Positions 41,269 to 50,344 of a stretch of DNA of 64,000 bases are shown piece after piece; the stretch's first letter is position 1; each line of letters starts with the position of its first letter. The stretch is from a virus, in the IMG/VR virus record IMGVR_UViG_3300024239_000132, positions 1 to 64,000 of that record; one strand, given 5' to 3'. The position numbers and the translations under genes are program-made. The notes under the pieces were generated by a model. The model searched no databases. It was not told where the DNA came from and saw only the letters and a list, made by a program, of their open reading frames with translations.

Positions 41269-41356
41269 TTGAATTTCCTTCAGCAAGACCGCAGCACAGA
41301 GCCCAAGGAAAACCGTAGGTTTTCCTGACAGGCTCGGATGTGCGTAGGTCTTGCGG

Positions 41357-41617
41357 TTATGCTGCCTTGGGCGTGGTAACAGGAACCATGGAAGGGTCTT
41401 CGATGGTCACCTTGAAAGTGCGGCCGTCGGCAAAGATGATGTCACGTTCGATGGCACGAACACACTTGTCTTCGATAAGGTCGGCAACCAGACCGAGCAT
41501 GACCTGATCGGTCACCTCAGCGACCTTGCGGAAACGCTGGCCAGGCTTCTTGATAACGATCCAGAACGTACCGTCCTTGGGGTCGATCTGGACGGTGAAC
41601 TGCTTGCTGGGATTCAT
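41357..41617 (-). CDS. Hypothetical protein
   Basis: In operon; plausible composition. Confidence 0.65.
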   Translation of the reverse strand: MNPSKQFTVQIDPKDGTFWIVIKKPGQRFRKVAEVTDQVMLGLVADLIEDKCVRAIERDIIFADGRTFKVTIEDPSMVPVTTPKAA

Positions 41618-41672
41618 GGGAGGATTTCTCTCTAATGGTCAGGAACGAAGCCAAGAAAAAGCTTAGCTTTCC

Positions 41673-42008
41673 TCAGATGCCTCGGACGTTCTGGAGATGA
41701 TCGTGCTGCTCTCTGAAGCAACGATAGGACCCGTTCCAGCGATGCCGGCCCACGATCCGGTAGATCTGTGTGGTAGGGTCCTGAGATTTTTTGCGACCAT
41801 CGAGACGGATGTCGAAACCACATTCGTACTCAAGGCGTTGCATATACTTCAGGAGTGTCTGTTGGTCTGGGATAAGCTGCTGTTGAATGGCAACCGAGGC
41901 TGATAACCCACGGGGAGCCAGAGCAAGCAGAACTAGCCTTCTTGCTCTGGTTCCCTTAGGTGGACTGACGAATCCATATCTAACGATATAGTGCCGACGA
42001 TCTCTCAT
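41673..42008 (-). CDS. Hypothetical protein
   Basis: ATGA overlap with thyX stop. Confidence 0.55.
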   Translation of the reverse strand: MRDRRHYIVRYGFVSPPKGTRARRLVLLALAPRGLSASVAIQQQLIPDQQTLLKYMQRLEYECGFDIRLDGRKKSQDPTTQIYRIVGRHRWNGSYRCFREQHDHLQNVRGI

Positions 42009-42913
42009 CCGGCGACGAACTCGTTAGGCAATTGCTTACGAAGCTGTCGCCAGCCTACGAGGTTGCCGTGCTCTTCAGGATACATCCAAGATGAATCTCC
42101 TCGTGGGTCTGAGGTAGACCAATCTGGTGTTGCCTGATGCTCGGCAGGGCTAGCATGGAGAGGCTGGCTGACGACGAGCTTCTCATAGAGAGCAATGTCC
42201 TCCTCGACAGTGGTCTGCCGGCCATCATGGGTCAGGTAGCTGACACGAGCACAACGAGCGACGGAGACCTTCTTAATGGGCTCTACCAGTTCATCATACA
42301 TGGGCTCATCACGAGTGATGCGGCCCTTCTTGGCCAGATAACGAGCAGTGCTCCAATCTTCCTTGGTGATGTAGGGCAGATGCCACTCACCGGGTTGCAG
42401 GAAGTGGGGATCACTCTGAGCCATGGCAGCCATCATGGCTTCTGCCAATACCTTGATCTCCGGCTGTGCATCAGGGTGAGCACGAAGAGCGAAGAAGTTC
42501 GCCCATTCGGTTCCGGAACACACGACATTGATGTGTGCCCACGGCTCAAGAATGCGATTGGCAATTTGCTTGTGCAAGCCATTGCTGACCAACCATTCAG
42601 CCTTACTGATCATCTGTTCCATGGCGTCGAGCCAGATGGACTGGCAGACGCCGATGGCTTCTGGATCAAGCTCTGCTCCGGCCTGCATACCAGGCTTATT
42701 GGAGCCCCAGTAAACTGGCATTGCTGGATCACGGCGAAGATCTGCGATCATCCGTTCCACCGGTATTGCACGGGAGCTGGAAGCGTTTCGGCTGAAGACC
42801 CTATGGGTCATAAATTCCGAATGCACCATACGAGGATAGCGCAATTGAAATGTGGTGAGGCGCTTTCCCTCAGGGGAAACGCTGTCTGCGATCACGATTG
42901 CTGAGATTGTCAT
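42005..42913 (-). CDS. thyX: Flavin-dependent thymidylate synthase
   Basis: EFMTHRVFSRNASSSRAIP; HKQIANRILEP; SVARCARVSY; HASPAEH. Confidence 0.92.
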   Translation of the reverse strand: MTISAIVIADSVSPEGKRLTTFQLRYPRMVHSEFMTHRVFSRNASSSRAIPVERMIADLRRDPAMPVYWGSNKPGMQAGAELDPEAIGVCQSIWLDAMEQMISKAEWLVSNGLHKQIANRILEPWAHINVVCSGTEWANFFALRAHPDAQPEIKVLAEAMMAAMAQSDPHFLQPGEWHLPYITKEDWSTARYLAKKGRITRDEPMYDELVEPIKKVSVARCARVSYLTHDGRQTTVEEDIALYEKLVVSQPLHASPAEHQATPDWSTSDPRGDSSWMYPEEHGNLVGWRQLRKQLPNEFVAG

Positions 42914-43026
42914 GTCTGTTCCATACGAAGAGACCGGAGAGTCGCCTCCCCGGTCTGATATTTTCAAACAAATGTCTAGTCTGTTTGAGGTGAGCTCCCA
43001 CAATCTTTGAGATTGTCAGGCTTGAG

Positions 43027-43323
43027 CTACCACTTATATCCCAGACACTCGAACTCTGTCTCGCTGTATGGGCGATCACAGAGCACCCTGCCAACGTAAT
43101 TTACCGTGGCAAAGCCTGGGACGATGTAGAGCTTTCCTTCACAGTCCACGACTGTCCAGACATAGCGGGGATCAACGTCTGAACCGATCGTGCTGTGATC
43201 ACGGATGATGGACCCGTCGGGTGCGGAGATAGGTTTGTAGCGTCTCTCGAAGACAAAATAGCCGCCGGCTCTGGACCGCTTGCGAATGCGGATAGGCGCC
43301 TTGATGACCTTAGGCTGCTGCAT
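43027..43323 (-). CDS. Hypothetical protein
   Basis: DPRYVWTVVDCEGKLYIVPG; coupled to glutaredoxin. Confidence 0.65.
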   Translation of the reverse strand: MQQPKVIKAPIRIRKRSRAGGYFVFERRYKPISAPDGSIIRDHSTIGSDVDPRYVWTVVDCEGKLYIVPGFATVNYVGRVLCDRPYSETEFECLGYKW

Positions 43324-43534
43324 TGCTCAGATCCTGATTCAGTTCATCAAAGCCACCGACCACCTTGAGAACCAAGGGAAGCGTCTGGCGTCCGATCGAT
43401 GCAGGTAGGGCACCGAGCTCAGGCACATTCATGATGTTGTGCTCGGCATAAGTCAGTCCCTTCTGGTTCAGAAGTTCCTTGGCCTTGTCGCAATAAGGAC
43501 AGTTGTCCATAGTAACGATGATGTAGTCTTTCAC
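43310..43534 (-). CDS. Glutaredoxin
   Basis: CPYC..AKELL..TLP..VGGFDEL; GTG start with GGAG. Confidence 0.88.
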   Translation of the reverse strand: MKDYIIVTMDNCPYCDKAKELLNQKGLTYAEHNIMNVPELGALPASIGRQTLPLVLKVVGGFDELNQDLSNAAA

Positions 43535-43614
43535 TCGTGAACTCCGTGATAAGTCTGTGTGGAGAGATTTAAGCTTTATATGTAGGAAGTCTCCAAACTT
43601 CTGGAGATTCCCCC

Positions 43615-43887
43615 ATGTCAAGTGCAAAAGTCAGGGTAGCTGTTCCAGCTGTTTGGACTGATATCTCAGGTGCGGCTGCCAATGTGGCCGGTATGTCGTG
43701 GTATAACGACCCACGTTTCAGCTTCGGTCCAGTTGCTTTGGCATTTCAGGCCAGCAGTCCTGTCGCTGGTGATCCTTTTGTCACGCTTCAGCGTGGGGAT
43801 TCCTGGTATGACAAGGCTGGGTCAGCAAAGATCTGGGCGATGAAGCTCAGCGATCAGCCTGTTCTTCTCACTGGCATGGCGGACTGA
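43615..43887 (+). CDS. Small beta-rich virion/adaptor-like protein
   Basis: Co-oriented directly upstream of the spike gene. Confidence 0.55.
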   Translation: MSSAKVRVAVPAVWTDISGAAANVAGMSWYNDPRFSFGPVALAFQASSPVAGDPFVTLQRGDSWYDKAGSAKIWAMKLSDQPVLLTGMAD

Positions 43888-43892
43888 ACCAA

Positions 43893-46454
43893 ATGGGCCA
43901 CTCTCGCACGCTCAATCGACCCGTGACAGGTGACGGTGGCCTGTTTTCATATGGCTTTGCAGGCGCTCGTGGTAGAGTTGGAGGTGGTACTCCTACGCCT
44001 ACCCCGACGCCTACGCCTACTCCCGATCCGTCATGGGCGATCGGACTAGCCCGCACACCCGCGTATGTGCCTTCTTGGACGCGACCAGCCTCGTTTATAC
44101 AGGGGACGATCACTGGCAGCATTCCGGTCGATGCGATTGATTACGCAACTGGAAATGGCGGCGGAGCATTCTCCGACCTGTTCGCATGGATCGATGCCTG
44201 CAACGCGGCCAACAAACCCGGCGCGCTCGGGCAGGACATCACGATCACCACGACGGAAGCATCGCTTGGTCGGCGCTATCTCTATCGTGGCATTTACGGC
44301 TACGGAGCGGCAAATCCGAAGATCACATGGACAGGCCGCACGACCGGTTCGGGTTCGCAAAAGGCGCTGTTCCACGCCTATCTTGAAGACATCACCATTC
44401 GCGGCGTCGAGTTTGTGGATTGGGGTTGTGTTCTGGCCGTTGGTCAAAAGACGCTTCCACTGATCGAAACCGCCACCTTCACCGCTTCGTTCAGCGGCAC
44501 GGCGATGACTGTTTCGTCGGGCAGCGTCAGCACTGGCATGAGCATTTATGTTCCGGGATCGGTGCCTTACGGGACAACTGTTGTTAGTGGCTCAGCTCCG
44601 AATTGGGTCATCTCTGCCAACGTCGGCACGGTTGCGTCCACCACGGTAAACGTTGTCGATCCACAGCCTTACCACACCAGCACGCAGCCACTTACCCGCA
44701 TTGCCGATCCCGTTGTCGGTTCTGCTTCGGGCCTGCACTGCCCGCGCCTTGGCAAGATCGTCACATCGGGCACGTTCAATATCAGCCAGATCGCCATCAA
44801 GCGGCAGATCGAAGGCACTACCGCGATGGGGCAAGCCAGCGGCGGGGCAAACAACAACTATTATTTCAGCGATGCGGCATGGGCTGCGGTGCTTGAAACG
44901 GTCAATCTCTTCACCGGGGCGAGCTGCACAACGAATGCCCAGATTGTTTCGGCCATCAATGCCAACACTACGGCGGGCTTTGCGCACGGCTATGCAGCCG
45001 TCCTGTCCCTGTCTGGCGACGTGCTGATTACGGCAAACACGGTCAACACCAAGTCGTTTGTCGATATGGTCATCACACAGACCGGCACGGCGGCGACGTT
45101 CGATGTCAAGACGCCAGCGGTCACGATCACGCATTGCACCTTTACAGACTGCAACATGACCTACGCCGCCTTGCTCGATGTTTCGGAGCTTGGTGCGGTC
45201 GAGTTCCACAAGAACAGCCTGCCGGGTACTTGGTCCGCCATTTATGCGCAGGTCACGCGATGGGGGCATCTGCGCGCGGCAAACAACGAATGGTATGATT
45301 GCCTTCGGCTTCGCCATAGTCTGCGCCGTGCGCAAACTGGCCGAGGCCATACTGCGGACAGTGGGGCAACCACTACCTACGCGGGAATGCCCGCTGGTTC
45401 CTCCCTATCGGAGTTCAACACTTTCATTTATGCGGGCACCGATAGCCCGCTGATGATGCGCTACATGACGGCCGGAACAACCTGCCTGATCGAAAACAAC
45501 TATGCCCACGATGTCGAGAGCTACAACTCCACCAACACCGTGAACGCCGCTGTCTTTGCTGATATCCGCAACTGCTGGCAGCGCACGTCCAACGGCAAGG
45601 TCAACCGGATTGCCTACAACCGGATTGTCTCGGTCAAGGGCGTGCGCGGGGCCGAGGATGCCAACGCGTTCTATGCTAAGCCTCGCGGGCTCGATGTGAT
45701 CGCGAACTATATCGAGGACGTTGGCGCGGCATATTACGGGCCTATCTCACAAGATGGCTCCGAGTTCAGCAACGGGTTCAAGAACCCCGGCCCATGGAAC
45801 CAGGAATACACCTCCACCTGGGGAACCAACGAAATCGGGGAGCCGTTCCGCTTCCTCGGCAACGAGCTTGTCAACATGCCTCCCGGCATCCCGCCCTTCA
45901 AGATCGATGAGGTTTACACCTCTGGCACGATCATCGAAGACAACATCATTCGGAACTGGCGGAACTACAAGAATGGCGTCGAGCAAACGTCCGGATCTGT
46001 GGCGGGCGGCTTCCGTATCACGGATGGCCATCGCTTCGTATCGTTCAAGCGCAACCGCTTCATCAACTGCGATCCGGGACCGACCGATCCCGGCCTTTTG
46101 ATAAATCTGCACAACATAAAAGAGGCCAACAACACGACCTTTACGACGGCTGATTTCCAGATCGACAACAACTCAATCCACAACGATGGCAGCGCTCATG
46201 CTGATGGCAGCTACCCGGTATATGGTGCGAACACGATTTTGGTCCGCTTTGACTTCGGATCAAACAACCCTGCGACGGGCTTTGCTGCCGGATTGGCAAC
46301 TGGCTCCAATCGCATCTTGACGGCGTTGGGAGCAGACAGCGGCTATCGGTTTGTCATGAACCACACCGATCGCACAGAAACCAGTGTTGGGACTAACGCA
46401 GTGCCACAGGCGTCGGTGGTCAACTACCTGTCGAGCTATGGGGCTAATTTGTGA
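43893..46454 (+). CDS. Second tailspike/receptor-binding protein with right-handed beta-helix
   Basis: N-terminal (PT)n linker; repeated I-x-x-N beta-helix strands (ITHCTFTDC, LIENNYAHD, VIANYIED, IIEDNIIRN). Confidence 0.7.
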   Translation: MGHSRTLNRPVTGDGGLFSYGFAGARGRVGGGTPTPTPTPTPTPDPSWAIGLARTPAYVPSWTRPASFIQGTITGSIPVDAIDYATGNGGGAFSDLFAWIDACNAANKPGALGQDITITTTEASLGRRYLYRGIYGYGAANPKITWTGRTTGSGSQKALFHAYLEDITIRGVEFVDWGCVLAVGQKTLPLIETATFTASFSGTAMTVSSGSVSTGMSIYVPGSVPYGTTVVSGSAPNWVISANVGTVASTTVNVVDPQPYHTSTQPLTRIADPVVGSASGLHCPRLGKIVTSGTFNISQIAIKRQIEGTTAMGQASGGANNNYYFSDAAWAAVLETVNLFTGASCTTNAQIVSAINANTTAGFAHGYAAVLSLSGDVLITANTVNTKSFVDMVITQTGTAATFDVKTPAVTITHCTFTDCNMTYAALLDVSELGAVEFHKNSLPGTWSAIYAQVTRWGHLRAANNEWYDCLRLRHSLRRAQTGRGHTADSGATTTYAGMPAGSSLSEFNTFIYAGTDSPLMMRYMTAGTTCLIENNYAHDVESYNSTNTVNAAVFADIRNCWQRTSNGKVNRIAYNRIVSVKGVRGAEDANAFYAKPRGLDVIANYIEDVGAAYYGPISQDGSEFSNGFKNPGPWNQEYTSTWGTNEIGEPFRFLGNELVNMPPGIPPFKIDEVYTSGTIIEDNIIRNWRNYKNGVEQTSGSVAGGFRITDGHRFVSFKRNRFINCDPGPTDPGLLINLHNIKEANNTTFTTADFQIDNNSIHNDGSAHADGSYPVYGANTILVRFDFGSNNPATGFAAGLATGSNRILTALGADSGYRFVMNHTDRTETSVGTNAVPQASVVNYLSSYGANL

Positions 46455-46573
46455 GAGAGTTTATCCTCTTGATTGGCCCTTTGGTGCTGGCTTGGATCAG
46501 TGGCTACCTCTTTGGCTTCCATGAGGCTAAGAGGAAGATCACTGGCATTATAGTGAGGCATTTTCGCTTGTAA
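46451..46573 (+). CDS. Small single-TM protein (40 aa; not in ORF track)
   Basis: GTGA overlap; VREFILLIGPLVLAWISGYLFGFHEAKRKITGIIVRHFRL. Confidence 0.5.
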   Translation: MREFILLIGPLVLAWISGYLFGFHEAKRKITGIIVRHFRL

Positions 46574-46645
46574 CGGCCAAGGATAGCGCGGGCGGCAATC
46601 GTTGAGAGGCCGTTCCCGCGCAAATCTGGTGAACGAGGTGGTGTA

Positions 46646-46769
46646 GCTGCGGGCCGGATTGTTTACCGGCTCAGTTTACTAAGCAGTTGCGCACTGCTGT
46701 TCTCGTCTCGTCGCGCACCCTCTTTTTTCGGAGGGGTCCTTGCCGTGTGTCCATCCACACCGCCGCAGC
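46646..46769 (-). ncRNA. tRNA-like RNA (acceptor, D and T arms; ~76-nt insert replacing the anticodon arm)
   Basis: GCTGCGG/CCGCAGC 7-bp stem; GTGT-GGATGG-ACAC D arm; GCCGG-TAAACAAT-CCGGC T arm abutting the acceptor 3' strand. Confidence 0.6.
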
Positions 46770-46996
46770 CCGCACACTCTATCACATTCCAGCGCTATGT
46801 GAATCCCTGAAACGACTAAGGGCGGCGCGACCGGGAACCCCCAATCCTTCGCCGCCCTCGAATGCTCGCACTACGCATGGCAGCCGAGACTAAGCCCGAA
46901 TATCGTTGCTGCGGCCCCCGGCTCTTGATCCACGCATAAAGCGCTGCCACCCGTCGGCAACCCAGAGTTGTTCCGGCGCTTGCCGCAGCCCATCCC

Positions 46997-47356
46997 CTAT
47001 ACCACAGGCGGGGGTGAAGGGGAATCCCCTGTTTCGAGTGCGGCCAGTTCTGACAATGCCTGCGACCTTGCAACACGTCGCGCCTCTGCCTGCTCCGCCA
47101 TTGCTGGTGAATAGAACGGGTCTGCACTTTCCGGCACTTGGCCCATCGGACGGCGGATTGCGTCATGCAGGGCAATCGTGATGGCCTTCACCCGCCCCTC
47201 TGCCTCTGCAAGCGAGGTTTCGAGGGCCTGGATGCGGGCGGCGGCGCGATTGATCCGAACGCTGGCAAGGCTGAATTGAGCGTCGTCTTGACCATTGGTG
47301 GCTTTGACGGTGCGAAGGAACTCTGCGCTTTCCCTGAGGGCCACCAGATCATCCAT
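46997..47356 (-). CDS. Hypothetical protein (island)
   Basis: MDDLVALRESAEF..LHDAIRRPMGQVP. Confidence 0.6.
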   Translation of the reverse strand: MDDLVALRESAEFLRTVKATNGQDDAQFSLASVRINRAAARIQALETSLAEAEGRVKAITIALHDAIRRPMGQVPESADPFYSPAMAEQAEARRVARSQALSELAALETGDSPSPPPVV

Positions 47357-47492
47357 CACCGTTCTCCCTAGCCTTGCGGCAGGCACTGAAGCCGTCGCGG
47401 TGTCCCTGCCAGTAGCCTTTGCTGAAACCGATTATTGCGCCGGTGATCAAGGGCAATCCAAATAGAGCTGCAATGCCGAGGAGGTCGCTCAT
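47349..47492 (-). CDS. Small membrane protein (island)
   Basis: MSDLLGIAALFGLPLITGAIIGF..GYWQG. Confidence 0.55.
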   Translation of the reverse strand: MSDLLGIAALFGLPLITGAIIGFSKGYWQGHRDGFSACRKARENGDG

Positions 47493-47857
47493 TGCTTCCC
47501 CCTTACCGCGTCCAAGGCGGCGATTGCTGCGGTGGCTTGGTCCCATGCTAGCGCAACGTGCGGATTGTCCCGACGCTCAATTGCCCAATCCCTCACAAAG
47601 CAAGCGCCGTTCATCACCATGATAGCCCGCGCCACCGCCTCCACCTCATCCTCGCTCGGCTGCGCGCGTGGGCATCCGTGTTCCGCGCAATAGCCACAGT
47701 CGCTGGATGATGGGCACGTCTCACTCGGCACAGCATGGATAAGCTGGCCGGTGCGGTAGGCATCGAATAGCGCGTTCACGAAAGCCGCGTATTCCTCAGG
47801 CCCCTGCGTTGCCTTCTTGCTCAACGCCTCAAGCGCTTCTGGTGTTATCTCAGTCAT
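47489..47857 (-). CDS. Hypothetical protein (island)
   Basis: LEALSKKATQGP; EVEAVARAI..ATAAIAAL, typical temperate-phage accessory motifs. Confidence 0.65.
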   Translation of the reverse strand: MTEITPEALEALSKKATQGPEEYAAFVNALFDAYRTGQLIHAVPSETCPSSSDCGYCAEHGCPRAQPSEDEVEAVARAIMVMNGACFVRDWAIERRDNPHVALAWDQATAAIAALDAVRGKQ

Positions 47858-48317
47858 GGGTGGCCTCGGGTTTGTAGGCGATGATCTGGTCGCACTCAGG
47901 CACTCTATTATCCCAAATCAGGGATGCGGCAGTCCCGAGTTGGCTCCGGTCGATCACGCCATCTCGCATCATGTAGATCGGCCTGCTGTCTAGCGGTACC
48001 GGACACGGCCCGCCATCATGCTCGATCCACCCTTCCGCCTTCATCGCTTCATTGAGCATCGGGGTCTCCTTGAGGGATTGGCGTGCGAAGTAACAGGCCC
48101 TGCACTTTTCGACACACCATCCGTGTCGGGTTTCAATCCCCTTCAGCGCCTCCCGCAGCTTCCGCTCCCGTTCCTCGAAAGCGCGTTGGATCAGGACTGC
48201 GGCATGGCCACAGCCGTAGTTTCCGAGAACAATCGTGCTGGCGAGGCTAAATGCCCAATCCGGCGCTCCTTCGATGTCGGCTTCGGTCACCGCCCACTGT
48301 TCCGGTTCAGTCTGCAT
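47850..48317 (-). CDS. Hypothetical protein (island; possible two-gene fusion)
   Basis: C-terminal GWIEHDGGPCPV..IIAY module; internal SD+ATG at 48059. Confidence 0.6.
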   Translation of the reverse strand: MQTEPEQWAVTEADIEGAPDWAFSLASTIVLGNYGCGHAAVLIQRAFEERERKLREALKGIETRHGWCVEKCRACYFARQSLKETPMLNEAMKAEGWIEHDGGPCPVPLDSRPIYMMRDGVIDRSQLGTAASLIWDNRVPECDQIIAYKPEATHD

Positions 48318-48540
48318 GGCTGCTTCCTTCAACAATAGAGCGGACCTGCATTCCAATGGCGGTTGCCCATGAGGGGATCATTGAGGATGTTGCCAAGCCC
48401 TTCTTGTGCAATCCCGGCAACGCGCGCCATAAATTGCCGTGATACGGGAAGCTAAGTTCTCCGCTGATCGTCTTCTGTGCTGCTAGCATCATCTGCTTCT
48501 GCGCAGGCGTCAGTCCCGCCGCTATCTCTTCCGCAGTCAT
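48307..48540 (-). CDS. Small winged-helix-like protein (island)
   Basis: LTPAQKQMM..LHKKGLA..TAIGMQVR. Confidence 0.55.
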   Translation of the reverse strand: MTAEEIAAGLTPAQKQMMLAAQKTISGELSFPYHGNLWRALPGLHKKGLATSSMIPSWATAIGMQVRSIVEGSSHAD

Positions 48541-48812
48541 GGATACGGCCTCCCCCAAGGATTGACTGTCGCGCGCAAACCGCAAGTGCATGGCGCATGG
48601 TCAAGTGGATCTAGGTCATTCGCCTTGCAGGTGACGGAGTGCTCAGGATCATCGAACATGGCAGGCGGGGCTGTCTCCGGAATACTGCCGTCGCTTAAGC
48701 GGCAATCAGGCTCGTCGTCCCGCATCCACCACTTGCCAGAGGGGCCGTATCCACCATTCCACATATCGCGTTCAAAGTCGGTCATTCCGCGCATTTCACC
48801 AAAGCCGCTCAT
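48537..48812 (-). CDS. Hypothetical protein (island)
   Basis: HSVTC..CTCGL metal-binding motif. Confidence 0.55.
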   Translation of the reverse strand: MSGFGEMRGMTDFERDMWNGGYGPSGKWWMRDDEPDCRLSDGSIPETAPPAMFDDPEHSVTCKANDLDPLDHAPCTCGLRATVNPWGRPYP

Positions 48813-49552
48813 TATCCTGCCTCCGGTGGTGTGGTTGGCCGCCATGCGGTCGGTTGCAGGCTCATGGCCTCATTTTCATTTGAGGCCCAGCAAGCTCCAC
48901 CAGACCAGCACGGCGGATGTTCGCCGTCGATCTCTGCCTGCCATTGGTCGCAAGTCTCATCGAGCGAGGACATCGAGGCATCGGGCAAAAGGCGAGCAAG
49001 GAAGGTCATGCTTCCGACCTTGACCTCAACCGGCGTGTCATACGGAGCCGTCTCTATCGGCCTCCAAGCCTCGGCAGGTGGTGCGGGGAGGGTGGTGCGC
49101 CGCACGTCTGTGAGGATAGCACCGCCATTGATAAGGCGCAGAAGCTCATCGACGCTTTCGATTGTCTTGGTCTGGCGGCGAATACCTACAGTCGCGGTGA
49201 ATGCAGTTGCCACCGGTGGTGTGGGGAGGGCGTAGAGGGGCATTGTCGCCATGCCCGATGGACGGGAATGCAGCACAATTCCGTTCGCTTCGAACTCGCT
49301 CTTGCGGTTCAACATCTCCGGAATGATGTAGCCCACCACCTCCCCGCGCTCGGCAGACTGGCGGTGACGGGCGAAGGCTTGGACAAGATAGTGATCGTCA
49401 TACTTTCCCGCCCGCACCTCACCGATAAAGAGGGCTGGTTCCTCATCCTTTCTCACATAGAGGTGGCACAGTATTGGAAGCGCCGCATCGCGATCCGCCT
49501 GAGTGACCGTCACTTCCGCTTCCCGCGCCTCTTGGCTTACTGTGGTGGTCAT
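48812..49552 (-). CDS. Hypothetical protein with DUF551-like C-terminus (island)
   Basis: VTQADRDAA..VQAFARHR; WRPIETAP..PTAWRP. Confidence 0.65.
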   Translation of the reverse strand: MTTTVSQEAREAEVTVTQADRDAALPILCHLYVRKDEEPALFIGEVRAGKYDDHYLVQAFARHRQSAERGEVVGYIIPEMLNRKSEFEANGIVLHSRPSGMATMPLYALPTPPVATAFTATVGIRRQTKTIESVDELLRLINGGAILTDVRRTTLPAPPAEAWRPIETAPYDTPVEVKVGSMTFLARLLPDASMSSLDETCDQWQAEIDGEHPPCWSGGACWASNENEAMSLQPTAWRPTTPPEAG

Positions 49553-49749
49553 CGGGTGGGTTCCTTGGGTTCACAACGCCAATACGTGGTGGTGGTCACT
49601 TCCATGGCGAATATCTTGTCGCATGCCTCGCAGGCGTATTCGATCAGGTCTTCATTGTAGAAGAAGCCCCCATCGTGCTGATGGACGTGGCCGCAGTATG
49701 GACATTCCGGCGCGGCATCACTGAGCGTAGTTCCACAGGTCTTATCCAC
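49549..49749 (-). CDS. Zn-ribbon protein (island)
   Basis: CPYCG..CEACD. Confidence 0.6.
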   Translation of the reverse strand: MDKTCGTTLSDAAPECPYCGHVHQHDGGFFYNEDLIEYACEACDKIFAMEVTTTTYWRCEPKEPTR

Positions 49750-49969
49750 GGCTTGGTTCCTTGGGTTGGTGGGCCGCGACGATCTCCTTCACCACGTCCA
49801 CAATGATTGCGTCCTGCTCGGTGTTGATACCGCAGGGCATTCTGCTGGTTGCCTTGCAGACAGGGCACTTGCCTGGGGAAAAGGTGTGATCCCTGCGGAT
49901 CGGGCACTTCAGAAGCGCTGCCTTGCGGGCATTCAGTGCCTCAGCGAGTTGGCTGACGGTCTTATCCAC
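49742..49969 (-). CDS. Cys-rich hypothetical protein (island)
   Basis: GTG start; CPVC..PCG. Confidence 0.55.
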   Translation of the reverse strand: MDKTVSQLAEALNARKAALLKCPIRRDHTFSPGKCPVCKATSRMPCGINTEQDAIIVDVVKEIVAAHQPKEPSRG

Positions 49970-50147
49970 GGCCTGCCTCCTCAATAGCATCGGCAGCTTC
50001 AATCTCGGTGTGGTGCAGTGACTGGACGACGCACTTGCAACCACCATCGACGCGCTTGCTTGGATCTATCGCGATGACGGCAAATCTTTCTCCGTTGACG
50101 CCCTTATAGGCTTCATCAAGAGTGGCTATTGCGAGGTAAGGCTTCAT
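49962..50147 (-). CDS. Hypothetical protein (island)
   Basis: Coupled; GGAGG SD. Confidence 0.55.
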   Translation of the reverse strand: MKPYLAIATLDEAYKGVNGERFAVIAIDPSKRVDGGCKCVVQSLHHTEIEAADAIEEAGRG

Positions 50148-50344
50148 CGGCCTGCCTCCGGTCCATACAGCGGGTCTGGTTCGCTACCGTCTTCCGCAAT
50201 CCAATGTTCTGCGCTGCGGTCTCCATCATCACAGAGATTGCACTTGTCGTGCTCAATGCGGGCGACCCAATCGGGCACGTCGGGGAAACTGGAGCGCTGA
50301 AACTCAACAGACCGTTTACACTTGCGGCAATGTAGGGAGATCAT
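50144..50344 (-). CDS. Zn-binding hypothetical protein (island)
   Basis: CRKC..CNLC. Confidence 0.55.
   Translation of the reverse strand: MISLHCRKCKRSVEFQRSSFPDVPDWVARIEHDKCNLCDDGDRSAEHWIAEDGSEPDPLYGPEAGR

Noticed and set aside
41306-41326. C-GTA-G hairpin as a vRNAP promoter
   Set aside because: Lacks G at -8 and C at +1; spacing does not fit, unlike 63129 and 54671
43988-44024. Short tandem repeat as a contingency locus or CRISPR
   Set aside because: Degenerate codons for a Pro-Thr linker; no repeat-spacer array seen anywhere in the window
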